Source: Chrysomallon squamiferum (Eukaryota; Animalia; Mollusca). Taken from it: a stretch of DNA of 64,000 nucleotides. The stretch lies in the NCBI GenBank assembly GCA_012295275.1, contig CM022670.1:33976001-34040000 (forward strand). Direction: 5' to 3'. The notes under the pieces were generated by a model that saw nothing but the letters and a program-made list of their open reading frames with translations, was not told where the DNA came from and did no database searches. The translations under genes and the position numbers were made by a program. The number at the start of each line of letters is the position of its first letter. Positions within the stretch are counted from its first letter, which is position 1. Of the stretch, positions 27,539 to 41,292 are shown in pieces.

Positions 27539-27816
27539 CTGTTGACGTTGTTGGTGTTGGGGTGTATCTTTGTCGATACAGCGTCAGCGGCAGATTTGTT
27601 CTCGGAGCGCGTTTCGCCGCCCTCCCGTTTTATACTCGCCACCGACGTCGTCGAAGCCACCGTGTTGTGTTCCACGTATGTCACAGTCGTGTTTGCCATC
27701 GATTCCGTGTTGGAGTCGAAGTCGTTGTAGTGCCACGTAGGTTTATCCCGTTTGGGTTTTTGTTTATTTGCAGGCTCACAAACATTAGGAACGTATTTGC
27801 TGGTATTACATCCCAT
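27539..27816 (-). CDS. First coding exon of a small, putatively N-myristoylated and palmitoylated protein of unknown function (MGCNTSK...)
   Basis: ATC-ATG-G context; MGCxxSK acylation consensus; GC-rich coding-like island; donor AG|GTTAGT at 27539/27538; 5' UTR acceptor tctttcag at 27875 and upstream donor GAG|GTAATT at 28239. Downstream exon uncertain (candidate 26929-26962). Confidence 0.7.
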
Positions 27817-29101
27817 GATGGAAGAATTTATTAACAGATTTTTAATAAACTCACCAGTAAAAATAAACTGAAGTCTGAAAGAAAGGTCGAGACAACAGGA
27901 AACATCATAGAAAGTAAATATTTTTATATCGTTGGATTACATTTTCATAACTATTTTCTTTGCAGGTAGAACAAATAAAAACATTTTTATCTACAGCTAA
28001 TTTTGCAACATCATCACTATAACATAATGCTTCATATAAAACACGGAATGATAAATGTTTTCAACTTTGTTATTTCATAAATCAGTTTCGAATTTGTCAT
28101 CGCACAAAAAAGTTCAGATGGCAGTCGTGCAAACAAAACTTGCCAAAGTCTCCTTTAAGTAACTGTATCTTCATAGCTGTCAAGAACACAAGATTTACAC
28201 ATCATAACCCTCGTGACTCAGAATGGCAAACAAATTACCTCCTTCACTGAAACGTTCATTAGTGATTCACATTTAAGGAAGAAGAAGATGAAGAAAAAAA
28301 AATCTGCAATCATAATCACGAAACCGTATCAAGATACATCTGTCAAAAAATGTACAGTGACAAGAAGAAAGATTCTCTGTCGCTAATCGCTGAGCGGATG
28401 GTTATCACTGGTGCGCTTTAGGATATATGAATCGACCATTCAGCTTGAAGGGAGTGGTCATGAGATTTGCAAGTTTTCTTCGTGTTAATCACGGGAAGCC
28501 GAAATACCGCGATGGACCGCATCAATCGATAGCAGCATGTTTTTGAAAACGTGTCTGATGAACAACGACAATCAGACAACAAAGTCTTATATCTTTTGTT
28601 TCGCTCGGGTTAAAGCTTCGAGCCAAACAGATTGACTGCATAAACGAGAAATAAAAGCTATTCACCGATGCAACGATTTGAGTTATTAAGAGAGTGGAAA
28701 AACCCCTTTAACGACGGCATTGATCAGCCAGAGGGTTTACCAAACTCGTTTGACTGTTACAGACCAGTAATAGTATGTGCTTGTTGTTAATGTAAAAGAT
28801 AATTTTTAATAATACTGGAACAGAAATAATATCTAACGCGTTTTAATTAACTAAAAACAGTTAGTGATTACGTAATAATGAATGTAAACGAAGGCGACAT
28901 TACTGGTTATTTCGAGGAAAGAAAGAAAAAAGTGATGCTGTCTATGTAGCATTGTAACTGTAATTTGCTAATGGAAACACTGCTCGGCAAATCTCTGATG
29001 GCTTGAACTTTGCCACTGAAGACAAAAGACATCGCTGGTTGTTCGATCAGAACTGATTCTGCGATAAATGATAAAATGTCGTATTTTATTAACATCGTCC
29101 A

Positions 29102-29133
<32 letters not shown>

Positions 29134-29166
29134 TAAAGGAAGGGAAGAAAATAAATAAAATTTCAT

Positions 29167-29440
29167 TACCAGTATGAGAAGGAAACAGTTCATCGTTTCA
29201 TCTTTTATATTTATGTGTTTAAGAAAATAATGTTTTATATGTTCTAATAATCTTACCGAAAAAAAAAAAAAAAAAAAAATACCAGTATGAGAAGGAAACA
29301 GTTCATCGTTTCGTCTTTTATATTTATGTGTTTAAGAAAAAAAAAATAATAAAAAAAAAAAAAAAAAAAAAAAAAATAAAAAAAAAAAAAGGGAAACAGT
29401 TCAAAAATTTCTGTGTTTAAGAAAATAATGTTTTATAGAA
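29167..29440. repeat. Local duplication of a ~70-85 bp unit separated by poly-A runs
   Basis: ttaccagtatgagaaggaaacagttcatcgtttc.tcttttatatttatgtgtttaagaaaa at 29167 and 29279, plus a broken third copy at ~29392. Confidence 0.85.
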
Positions 29441-29707
29441 AAAAAAAAAAAAAAAATAAAATACAAACAATAAAATTAAATAAAATAAAAAAATAAAAAA
29501 GGGAAAAAAAAAGAAAGAAAAAGAAATGAAAAGAAAAAAGCATCCAAAAATAAAACCTGCATTATATTGTTCGATCAATGCTTTTTCGTAAAAGCTAATT
29601 TCTTAATAAAAAATAAGCTCTTCCTAAAAGAGTAAGGATGCAAAAACAAATTTCTGCTTTTAACATAATTAAATAATTGCATTTTCAATTTATATAACTA
29701 TTAGCTC

Positions 29708-29763
<56 letters not shown>

Positions 29764-30891
29764 TTATATGTTGTGTAATTTAACATAAATAATGTTTTAT
29801 ATGTTCTAATAAAACATATGAAAAAACGAATAAATCCGAATCAGTTATTCGCACAAAAAAAAACAAAAAAAAACACAAAATAAAATAACAATATAATATT
29901 TTTCAAAAATATAGAATAATTGTTTAATGAGCATTCAGACTAAAGGTCCATTTTTTGTTTTAGCACATCGAGCCATATTAAATTCTTTATTAATATACTT
30001 TATTTATAACAGTAAAATTTAACTAATTTTATTAATATTATTCGTAGTCCGATTTATCATAATTAGCCACCTTTTTTTAATATAAAATTAAATGATGCCA
30101 AAAAAGGTCACTATCAGAATTCATGAATGTGCCTACGAACTCCGAATAAAGGATTCTTCTTACTACTTTTCTAACGGTCACTGAATACATTTTGAAATAT
30201 AATATTATTTACGTAATATTGTCTTTTCTATTTATTCCCGTGGTGACTTTTTACCTTCTTTCTTTTTAATTATTATTAGATTATTGTATGTGTGGACAGC
30301 ATTGCAGTTGTGATCAAAGATCAGCGGCAGTTTATTCTTCAAAAAGGCACAAATATTTCTTTTGTTTTTCAAATTATAAATTGTCAAACAATTCGCTAAT
30401 ATTGGTGAACTTGATATGCTTATTTTTCCAGAGAAATGAAGCAATTTTCCTGTTTGAGTATCGTTTTATGATTCAATTGTTAATAAAGACAAAATTGCTA
30501 ACACAGAACAAGGAGAAACACCCGGTAAATAGCATTTCTGCGACTGATTATTTTGATACAAACTGAAAAAAGGTAATAAAAATTGGAATCATGGCACAAA
30601 AAAATATTGGTTTAAATATCTTTAGTCGCTTTATTTTTTTTTCTGAAACGAAATTGAGATTAGAAGTATAAAAAAAAATGATCATTTTGTTTTTGTTTGA
30701 TAAAAGAGAAAATGTTAACAATTGAAAACGATTCACTTAGATTATAACCGACATTTTAACCGTCATATAGATAGAGAAAATTTGAAGACAATTTTTTACA
30801 GGTAGCAAATCCAGTAATACAGTTAGAACCTCCCTTTATATGGTAATAAATGAAAAAAAATTAGAAAATCTCCAAAGCTAACACTTAAACT

Positions 30892-30979
<88 letters not shown>

Positions 30980-32149
30980 CAAAAATACGCTGTTACATTA
31001 ATACCAATTCATTACAGGCAGAAAATCAAAGACGAAAAAAATTTTAAAATACAATAAAAAAAAAAAAAAATAAAAATATTAATGGTAAAAAATATATTTT
31101 TATTTAATAAACAAATCAGAAAAATGCCAAGAGATGTCGCTAATTCAATGTTTATTTGCACTTTGATTTAGTTAAGCATTATGTTGTATTACTGAACCGA
31201 ACTGAACCTTATTTATACCTAGGCCTAGTCTACGGCATAGGAGGAAATATTCATTCAAAATTTAATATAATTACTACAACTATAATAAGATTATATAATT
31301 ATGTACATAATAATAAAAAATATATACAATATATCAATATATCAGCCAGATTGTTTGAAAAAATTCATGATTAGATTACAGAAAATAGGAAGTTTTCTAA
31401 GGACACCAGCTTTTTCGGAGTTAAAGAATTGATAGAACTTAAGAATACTTGGTTCAGATTGAAAGAAAAATGGTAAGTTTCTTTGATTCTTGAAAAAACA
31501 TACATGCAAATATATAATGAAACTCATCTCCGATGTCATTACACAATGGATGTATTGTATTTTCTATTGGTATTTTTTCCATCTTCCCATTTCAATAGGA
31601 AGAATATGATTTGAAAGTCTGAACCTCAACACCAGTATTTTCTTTCTATTTTTAAATAGTTTATAATCTGAAGCTTTGGAAGAGTTATCAATGAAAGAGT
31701 ACAATATTGTGAATACTGATCTATAAGCCTTGTGCTAATGCATGATTTTATCACAGAAACACGGGAGACACCATTGCACTGTGATAGCCACGTGTGTGCA
31801 CAGCCAGCATCATCGATAACAGATTTAACATGTTATATCCATTTGTGATTAAAATCTTCTTGCTAACGTCATTCAGTAATAGTTTGTACACTGGTAGTGA
31901 CAACTTAGACAACTTTCCCGTGATTATTCGATAGCACTAAATAATCATTTTTACTTTTACGGTAATACATACTGGATAATGTGCACACTCTCCATTTTAA
32001 TAAGTACAGTGGGGTAGATAGTTGACGTCTCTATCAAAGAATCTTGATCAGGGCGTCGGAGATGAATTTTCACCTCTACTAACACCAACACAACAGGGTC
32101 AATAGTCTGTTAATGAGTTATGGGCACTGATACAATATTTAATACTGTG

Positions 32150-32760
32150 ATGCATGCTGTAAAATCCGTGGAACCATTTACCATTTTGAATTAATTTCGC
32201 CCCAAAATCCAATTCTCAACACTTAATCAAAAGCTTACTTGAAATCTATAAACGTACAAAAAGTGTTTTCTTCCGTGCTTTCACCATTTCAATTAGTCTA
32301 TATAATGTAAACATGTGGTCATTTAATCCTTCCTAAATCCTGCTTTATTTTCAGACATTATATCATTAGTTTCAATATGCAACTTTAATGTATTATTTAA
32401 CACAGCAGTAAAGAGTTTCCAAAGGCAAGTAAGTAATGTAATAGATCTATGATTTTCTGGATTATTTTTATCACCGTTTTTATAAATTAGCTTGATTATA
32501 TGAAATAACCACGAGTCAGGAAAAATACCCTTTTCAAACAGTAAATTTAGTAGTTTGACGTATACATGTATCACACCATCAACAATTTTCTTAATGCATT
32601 CATTAATCATATTGTCAAGAACTGAAGTTTTGTTGTTCGTGAGATATCTAACAACTATAAGTATTTCAGTTTCTAATACAGGACTAATTAGTAAACTGTT
32701 CCTGTTCGCCATAGTAGATACAATGAAATTATTAGCCAATCAATTATAAAAGCTTTTAGT
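32150..32760 (-). mobile_element. Decayed non-LTR retrotransposon (LINE) ORF2 fragment, N-terminal reverse transcriptase region
   Basis: GIFPDSW...IYKNGDKNNPENHRSITLLTCLWKLFTAVLNN...SENKAGFRK; frameshifted continuation DHMFTL...FIDFK*AFD with stops. Confidence 0.9.
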
Positions 32761-33625
32761 GTGCATCTTTGTCTGTCTGTAATTCATTTGTTGAAATGTA
32801 AATAAAATAAAACAAAACGAAAAAAGCACCTAAAACCAACACCGCTCCAAAACAAAAACAACAACAACCACAAAACAAAAAAGCCCAACACCCCCTCCCC
32901 CCAAAAGAAAAATTCCAATAAAAACTCACAGTAAAGTATGTAATTAAAAATAATATTATTGGTTTCGAAAATATCCACTTTTTAATGAACTGATATATTC
33001 TTTACGGTATTTCCATCGGTATTTCCATTTTGTTAACTTTTTTCTTCTGGTCTGAGAAACCGTTGATTAAGTAAATTTCGTTAAATCTTTCTTTTTTTCT
33101 CTGAACATCCTACGTGATCTGTGGCATGAAACATATCTTCAACCTTCAACTAGAAGACGCGAAAAATCCAATTTTATTCTCTTGCTCTTCAGTTTAATAT
33201 TTCAAATTACTTACGCAATTGTTCTTTCCCTTTTTTCCCTTTGAACCATTACCAAGATGTTAGCAGAACTGAAAACATTGCCTTCTTTGATTTTAAGAAC
33301 TAATTTGGTATTTTTCGCACAACTACACAACTGATGGCCAAAACTCAGAAAGGCATTTTCAATGATTACTCCATTTTTCAAAACTGACATTTCAATTTTT
33401 CACCCCATAGAACAATGGTTCTGTTTCTAGTCTCTCTTGCAAATTAAGTTTTGCTTTTCATCATATTAGCGCAGTTTTCTGCTATTCAGAGATTTCCCAG
33501 TAATTTTCACTTATTTTCACCCCAAATTAGTGATCACTTTCAGCTCATATTCACGTGGGCTTCTGCTAGTGAACTGGTGAGAGAGATAGAGACACATAAA
33601 CACATACACACATATATATATATAT

Positions 33626-33695
<70 letters not shown>

Positions 33696-34259
33696 ATTCA
33701 ATAACAAAATTAATATTTAAAAAAGAAAATCTCTATTATTGCCAGTTGAAATTTGTTTTATGAAAATCAGTTTATTAATCTGGTGTTAAACAAACTTTTA
33801 TTCTTATTATTAGCATAACCACTCACTAACATACAGTTAGTATAATGGCTAGTATAAACTGAAAGTAAATTTATATACATTTTAATCGAGAATCTCTGAT
33901 TTGGCTCTGTTTAGTTTAGTTTATTTCAAAATCAGTTTATAACAGTTTTTCTTATGTTTTTTGTACAGAATAAAACAGAACAAAAACCTAAAAAAAATAA
34001 AAAAATAAAAAAAAGAATACAATAACTGAACTATGTGATATCGTTTATCTAACAGATATTATTGATCTGTTTCGCAACAAAGAAGGGTGGAGATGAAAAT
34101 GACGAATAATTTACTATAAATTATAGACAATAAATTAAAACGGGGATTATACGATACACATCCATATTGTAATAAATTATTGTTAAACATTTGCGAATGG
34201 ACAGATCCCTGTGCATTCAGTTGGCCAGCTACAGGAGAAAACCAAGAATCAATAAAAAA

Positions 34260-34560
34260 TCATTAAACAGTGATCCGCCGGAAGGTGTCTGCTGACGAAA
34301 TGGAATTGTGGTCTTCACGTCTGCTTCGAAAAGCAAGCTGCTGAATTTGTGCAAAACTCTAACCGTGTAAATCACGCGTGACTTCCGGGAAATGCTTAGC
34401 AACTAAGGTAAGAACTAGTACAATTAGGATATTTAGTTATTGTAAACTGTAGCATGTATCGGCAGTTGGAATCGCTGTAATGTATACTTGCACATACCGA
34501 TGGTAGCTAACAGGTCATAAATCAATGGAAAGCGCGCGTAGATCGAGTCGATACAACTTT
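34260..34560. promoter_or_regulatory. CpG-rich promoter-like island with a + strand splice donor
   Basis: cacgcgtg, ETS-like acttccgg, RFX half-site ttagcaac, donor AAG|GTAAGA at 34408/34409, all in an AT-rich surround. Confidence 0.35.
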
Positions 34561-35014
34561 AATATCCACAAGGACAGCTAATAAGCATTTGCATATTGCA
34601 TTAACTGTCGTGTGAAGAAAGAAAAAAAAACCCCAGATAGAGTCGAAAAAAACCAAAAACTGAGTTCCTTGCTCGAAATAAATCGTTTTCCAACGACAGT
34701 TTTGCAGCGGATAATTTTAATCGATAGATATTTTACCCCGCTTTTAGTTTCTATGACGATTTGCAAGCCTCGGTGCATTAACAAAACTACTCCCTCTGGC
34801 TTTAATATCCTCATATATATATATATATAGTAATAAGAACATTTCAGTAAGTCATTATATTTAGATCTTATTATATATTTGTTACTGAGAATAATGTAAT
34901 TATGTATATGAACTTAGAAATTGTTTATTTATTTCAGCAAAATCTCTTCTTTTTCTCATTTGATACTGGAACATCATTGTATTTTAGTTATAGATACTTG
35001 TTTTATTCTACGAA

Positions 35015-35050
<36 letters not shown>

Positions 35051-35118
35051 TGTATGTATGTATATGAACATGAACATAACAATTTATAATAATCTTTAAA
35101 TGGAATTTACACATACGG

Positions 35119-35153
<35 letters not shown>

Positions 35154-35965
35154 AAGAAATAATAATAATAATAATAATAATAATAATTAAAACAAAAATA
35201 AAATAACAAAATACACTAAAACAACCTAACAAATACAACACAAAAAAGAAAAAAAAAAAAAAAAAGAAAGAAAGAATGAAGTACCACAACATCGAAGTAT
35301 TTGAGAAAACCTATATTTAATTAACTTATAAGAAACTAATTAGGAAGAAGTCTTACTTGTTACCTTCGAGAAATAGTTTTAAAAAAAAACACGCAAAAAG
35401 GTTCCTTTATTTATCCCCACAGAAAATATTTAAATAATCCTTAAGAAAGACAGTGAGGAGGAGATGAAGCAAAACAAAAAAAGTAAAAAAGGGGGAAAAT
35501 ACGTTATGAGAGAGCTAAAAAGATTCATTCATTTTTTAATCTGTGTGTGTATGTTTATAATTACTACAGACCGAGGAGTAGTGACCAAAACGAAATAATT
35601 CATTTCTAAAGTGCATTACTGAAATGAATCCCCACATTACTGTCTTGCCCAGTGACAGTGATTTCACTGCGGTTAACTAGTTTCGTTTTAATAAGGAAAC
35701 GGGGATCTGCTTCTCTTTCCTTGTTCATTATTTCCAAAGAAAAAATATGTCGCCTGTCAACAGTGTCCGTTTTATCGTTTCATTCCTGTATCAGTGGAGG
35801 ATTACGAGATCAAGTTTCTCCACTCTTAATGATGTCTGCTGCAGAAAGCTATTAACCAGAAAGATAAACTCTCGTATCGTACGCCTAGCTTGTACAGATA
35901 TCATTATATGTCATCTAGGGAAAATAGGAAATCCTCTCGTCTCTGAATCAGAAAAAATAAATACC

Positions 35966-36061
<96 letters not shown>

Positions 36062-38211
36062 GTAATATTAATGGATCAAAGAGGATTAATTTTAGTATTA
36101 TTTTTTAAAACTTCAGAAGTCGTTGTTCAGTTGAAATTATTAATATGGTTTGACGTAAAACAGCAACAATGGACAGAAACACAAAGACATTATAATTTCT
36201 TTTTAGATCTCTTTCTTAATACATTAGAGTATGTCATATACAATTTCACTTTAAGGAATTGTAATGAAAAATTCTCATCCAGAAAAAATCCACTTAAGCA
36301 GAAACATAATAACTAAATATAGCGCTTTTAGAGTCGTTTCCAGCGGAATTAGCAGAGAGAAAATTTTCGAATACCTAGGGGAAAAAGAACGGTATTTTTT
36401 TACGGCTATTTTAATTTTAATACCTTTTACGGCTAATACGCTTTATATCCAAACACGTGAAGGTACTTAGTAACAGCTACATTATGCGGACAGGTTGTCT
36501 AATGCATAACAAAATTACAACAGTCTTGTCTCGTTTCTCCACATATTAATATCGTAATTATTTGAAATGTACTGTACAGAAACAAGTAAATAATTGATGT
36601 AACAATGTATCCTGGAATTACTTTTTTTTTTTTTTTTTTTTGAATTCTTCTATACAAAACCGTGTGCCAGGTGAAATATAACTAATTATCTGGTGTATCA
36701 ACAAGCGCGGAATAATTAATTCAATTTCACTTCGTTTGCACCAGTAGGTATGTTATGTATAATTTGATCAAAATGAATTTCCCAAAACAGCATTTTAAAA
36801 ACTCATAATGTAAGACATGATTAATAATTTCTAGAAATATCGCGTCACATCTAAAATGTCACGTCTTCTAATTCTGTACGTTTCACAGACAACTGTGTAA
36901 TTATTTATCGTATCTTTTTCTTCGATATTAATTATATTGTGTGTGAAGGCTAGTTGCTGAAACGTTAGATCAATATATCCTCAGTTTATGTTATGAAACA
37001 TATGGTTAGCTAATAACTAATTTTATCACCTTTGTGTGTAACATATTGATGTTACAGGTGGACAAAATTTATTTCTTGAATAAAACGTCAAACGCTATCA
37101 ATACATTTTTAATTACTTTCGTATATTTGGACTAATCCTCTGTTGACAGAAGCGATCAATTTTAGAAAAAAAGTAAATTTCCGTATTTTATATTAAAACA
37201 GCAACAATACCTATATTAACACCCATACTTTCTTTATATTAAACAGTCTTGTTTATAGATCAGTAAAAAGGTGTTTAGAAAATTAAAGTAGTAGAACACA
37301 CACACACACACACATACTTACACACACATATAGATAGGTAGATATTGATATTGATAAACAAACACACATACTCTCATTCATGCTTATAAATACACACACA
37401 TACGTACGTACATACATATATATTTATATAAAAAGTTACGTCTACATATACAAAAAAATTCGATATCTTATTTTTATAATATTAGAAGCTAATCTTTATT
37501 CCAGCATTTATAATCTTTTTAAATCTAAAAGAGAAAATTCAAGTTTATATTATTCAGCGGATTGATCGATTCAAATTTTGAGGCAATTTTCATGATTAAA
37601 AACATTGTGTAGTAACCGAAACTGTTTAAAATATATTCATCGATCTCAAATTATAGTGTTTTTCGTTTTCTTTCTTCTTCTTCTTCTTCTTCTTATTATT
37701 ATTATTATTTTAAGATGGTTTTTAACTAAAATATGAATTTTAAAAATTGAATTATATTTTTATTCTAAACGAAAAAGATACATATGAAAAGTAAAATAAT
37801 AGCAATAAAACAACCACATATTTTTTATATTTTGTTTTATTTTATTTTGCTTTTTTATGTTTGTTTGATTCATTAGTTAACATTATTACTTTTTCTTTTA
37901 ATTCTAATTTTTAATTTTTATTATTATTATTTTATTTTATTTTATGTATTTTTTATTATTTTTTTTTAATTAAGTATCATTATTACTTTGTTTTATTTTA
38001 TATTATTTTCTTATTTTTGTTTTATTACTTGTCATTATCACTTTTTTATATTTCACTTTCTTATTTTGTTTTATTATTCTTAATTTATTCTTATTTTGTT
38101 ATATTTATCTTAATTTTATTTGATTACATATCGTTTTTATTTTGTTTTATTTTATTTTACTTTCATATTCTCGTTTTACTAGTTACAATCATTTCAATTT
38201 TTCTTTCTTTT

Positions 38212-38242
<31 letters not shown>

Positions 38243-38254
38243 TTTTTTTTTAGC

Positions 38255-38308
<54 letters not shown>

Positions 38309-38317
38309 CATTATTAC

Positions 38318-38348
<31 letters not shown>

Positions 38349-39667
38349 TTATTTTAATAATTTTCATTATTATTATTTTTTTATTGCTTACCATTCTTCC
38401 TTTGTTTCGTTTTATTTTTCTTTCTTATTTATTAGTACTATTACTTTATTGGTCATCATTTTGATTATCTTTGGCTTTCAACTCTTTTCGTTCTGACAAC
38501 ACCCGCGTTGCTCATTAGTGAAACCTGCTTGCAGACTGAACGTGCTTGGTGTCACGTGGAGCTAATTTTAGCCGTGAGACGTGATAAATACACCCCGAAG
38601 AAATCGACCATAGAGTAATGAGGTCAAAGGTCGGTGTTAGTGCCACTATTTAACAGTTATTTAGATACCATGTCACGGTACGCACACTAATTGCTGCGAT
38701 TCCTGCCATTCTTTATTAAATTAGGAACATTATCAACCTCTGTATGATTTTAAAAAGTGTTTATTTTTTTAAATTATTTCTGTCAGGAAAATAATATAAT
38801 ATCATTACACGTGTGTGTGTGTGTGTGTGTTTTTAAATAATAATAATAATAATAATAATGTTTGTAACAATAACAAATGTATATATGTGCAAGTACGCAT
38901 GCATGCACGCACACACACACAAACACACACGTACACGTCTAGGTTGCTGACCTCGATTAGACATCTTAGCGAGATTTCAGAATAGCCCAGATTGATGGCT
39001 CAGTCAGTAATCCAGCGTTAAATTCAGTCAGATACATACTTGTACTCATTATTCTTACAGACACACACACACGCACGCACGCACGCATACACGCTCGCAC
39101 ATAATCACAAACAGATAATAACATTGATTAGTAAAATGCGGGACTAATTTCATACGGCCAATAAATATCGTTATACGTATCTGAAAATACTAATATTCCT
39201 GCACACGAATCTGGCTTTTATTATCTAGATTATTACTTATATTGATCACAACAAATTTAATTGTAGCCACATCCACACTGCAAGCTAATAAAATTTTCCC
39301 TGCTACACTTTAAAGGCTTGAGGAATCCATCTGTGTTCTGTTTTGTATTAAATCGCAATTTTGCTATTCAGAAGGTTTTTCTTTTGAATCATTTGCTGAA
39401 CATCTTTAGGCTTGTAACAAGTAATTTTTTAATCAGTTAAGCTACTATGGATTTGCAGGTTACTGAAGGCGTTTCCTTTAACATGATGTTTTATGTTCTT
39501 GAAATCGTTTCATGTACGAAGTTTTTGTAATCTAATCTTTAATGACTTTGGGGAGAAAAAAACCTATAACTAATGTTTGTATGTTCATTTTTAACTTAAA
39601 TTGTAATAGTCCCTACATAACGCATCTCGTCAATGATGTATACTTTTGTGATTATATACGAAACGAG

Positions 39668-39741
39668 GTTTAAGGAATATTTATGAAATAACACAAAAGG
39701 ATGTTTAAGGAATATTTATGAAATAACACAAAAGGATGTTT
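39668..39741. repeat. Perfect 35-bp tandem duplication
   Basis: gtttaaggaatatttatgaaataacacaaaaggat x2. Confidence 0.95.
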
Positions 39742-40459
39742 GCAAAGAAGAATGAAGATTTCTAGTAATTAAATAATGACATTTTAGAGGTGATTCCTAA
39801 AAACACATCAGTTTTTAAAAAAACAGCGATAAACATCCATACGCCAAAGGACGTAGATACCAAAGAAGTGCAACAACAACGGCAACCAGTAACGACCCAG
39901 ACAGGGAAAGCGGAGACAGTCAATGCACTGCTGTTATTTTATTATTTTCCACTCAGACGTTCAGACAAAAAGCAGTTTTGAAAGCACATGACCACCGACC
40001 CGTTAATCTTTCTTTAAAACGGAAAGCGCATTAACTCTCCAGTTATATTCGACCCGGGCCATGTCGACAAACAGCGCCCTCTAATCAATGCTCGTTTGCC
40101 ACACTGAATCGGCATTAGGTGCTTCTGAGCAGTGCAAGGCATGTCCTGGAATTCATCGCTGGCGCATATTGATTGAGCCATCAATCTGGCCTATTCTGAA
40201 ATCCCGTCACAGCATCAATGGTTAAGACAATCTAATCGAGGTCAGCATGCTAGACGGTTCAGAAACCAATTAAAAACCAAAACGTTCACCGTGCACTCTT
40301 GTTTTCGTGGACTTCCTGCATTCACGATAGGACGCTCCATTATTTGCCTCTGGCTGTGATTCAGAATTACTGTTCTGTATCACGGAAAAATGAGAATAAT
40401 GATTAAACGATCTGCATTCACTATGGAGTGTTTTGAATAACTGTTCTGTACTGTGCATC

Positions 40460-40880
40460 ATACGCAGTAATGACTGGGTATTCGGTTATAGCAGCTTACA
40501 ATGATAATGGTCATACTGTATTATTGCTCTGCTTTATGTACCAGTTCCAGTCGTGCTATTCTGTAGAACTGAGTCCATGCAACAGTGATACTCTACTCTG
40601 CCATATGCATCACTGTTGGATGATTTAATATAACTGACCTGCGATATGCATTGAGTATCACGTACAATTATAATAGTTATACTGTATTACTCCTCTCTGT
40701 CATGTATCACTTATAGTCGTGACAGTCATATTGTATCACTGCTCTGCACTTACAACCATGATAGTTATTTTGTATCCTTGTTCTCCGCTCTACAGCATTT
40801 ACAATGATGACTGAGATAGTTGATAACAATACTGCTATAATGCATACTGCAGTAATAACAGTGATGATAGTTTACAATGG
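40460..40880. repeat. Degenerate minisatellite
   Basis: Recurring acaatgatag.tcatactgtatta.tgctctg motif. Confidence 0.6.
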
Positions 40881-41231
40881 GTTAACCTGAAAAATGGCTG
40901 TGTTGTACAGTATGCAGTTTTCAGTCATAATATAATAGGCTGGATGCAACAGTTATACAGCGTATCTCAGAGCAGTCACTGTCGGACGATTTCACTGAGT
41001 GGACAGTGTATAATGTTGAGGAATATTCTGAATAAAATAGACTGGTTCACATCTTATTTCAGAAGATACAGAAAAGGATATTGTGTTAAAAGCTGTGGTT
41101 AGATTAATTTGTGGTGAATGGCAGTTTTTCCTTTTTGAAGAAATACTCAGAACAAATATGATTATCAAGTATTAGAAGAAAGTGTAGATGATCCACGAAT
41201 ATATACCATCATAATAAAAACGCATTATTGT

Positions 41232-41292
<61 letters not shown>

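Noticed and set aside
35747-36316. 189-aa ORF, the longest in the track
   Set aside because: Held open by a (GA)n tract (poly-ER); no domain, splice support or codon bias.
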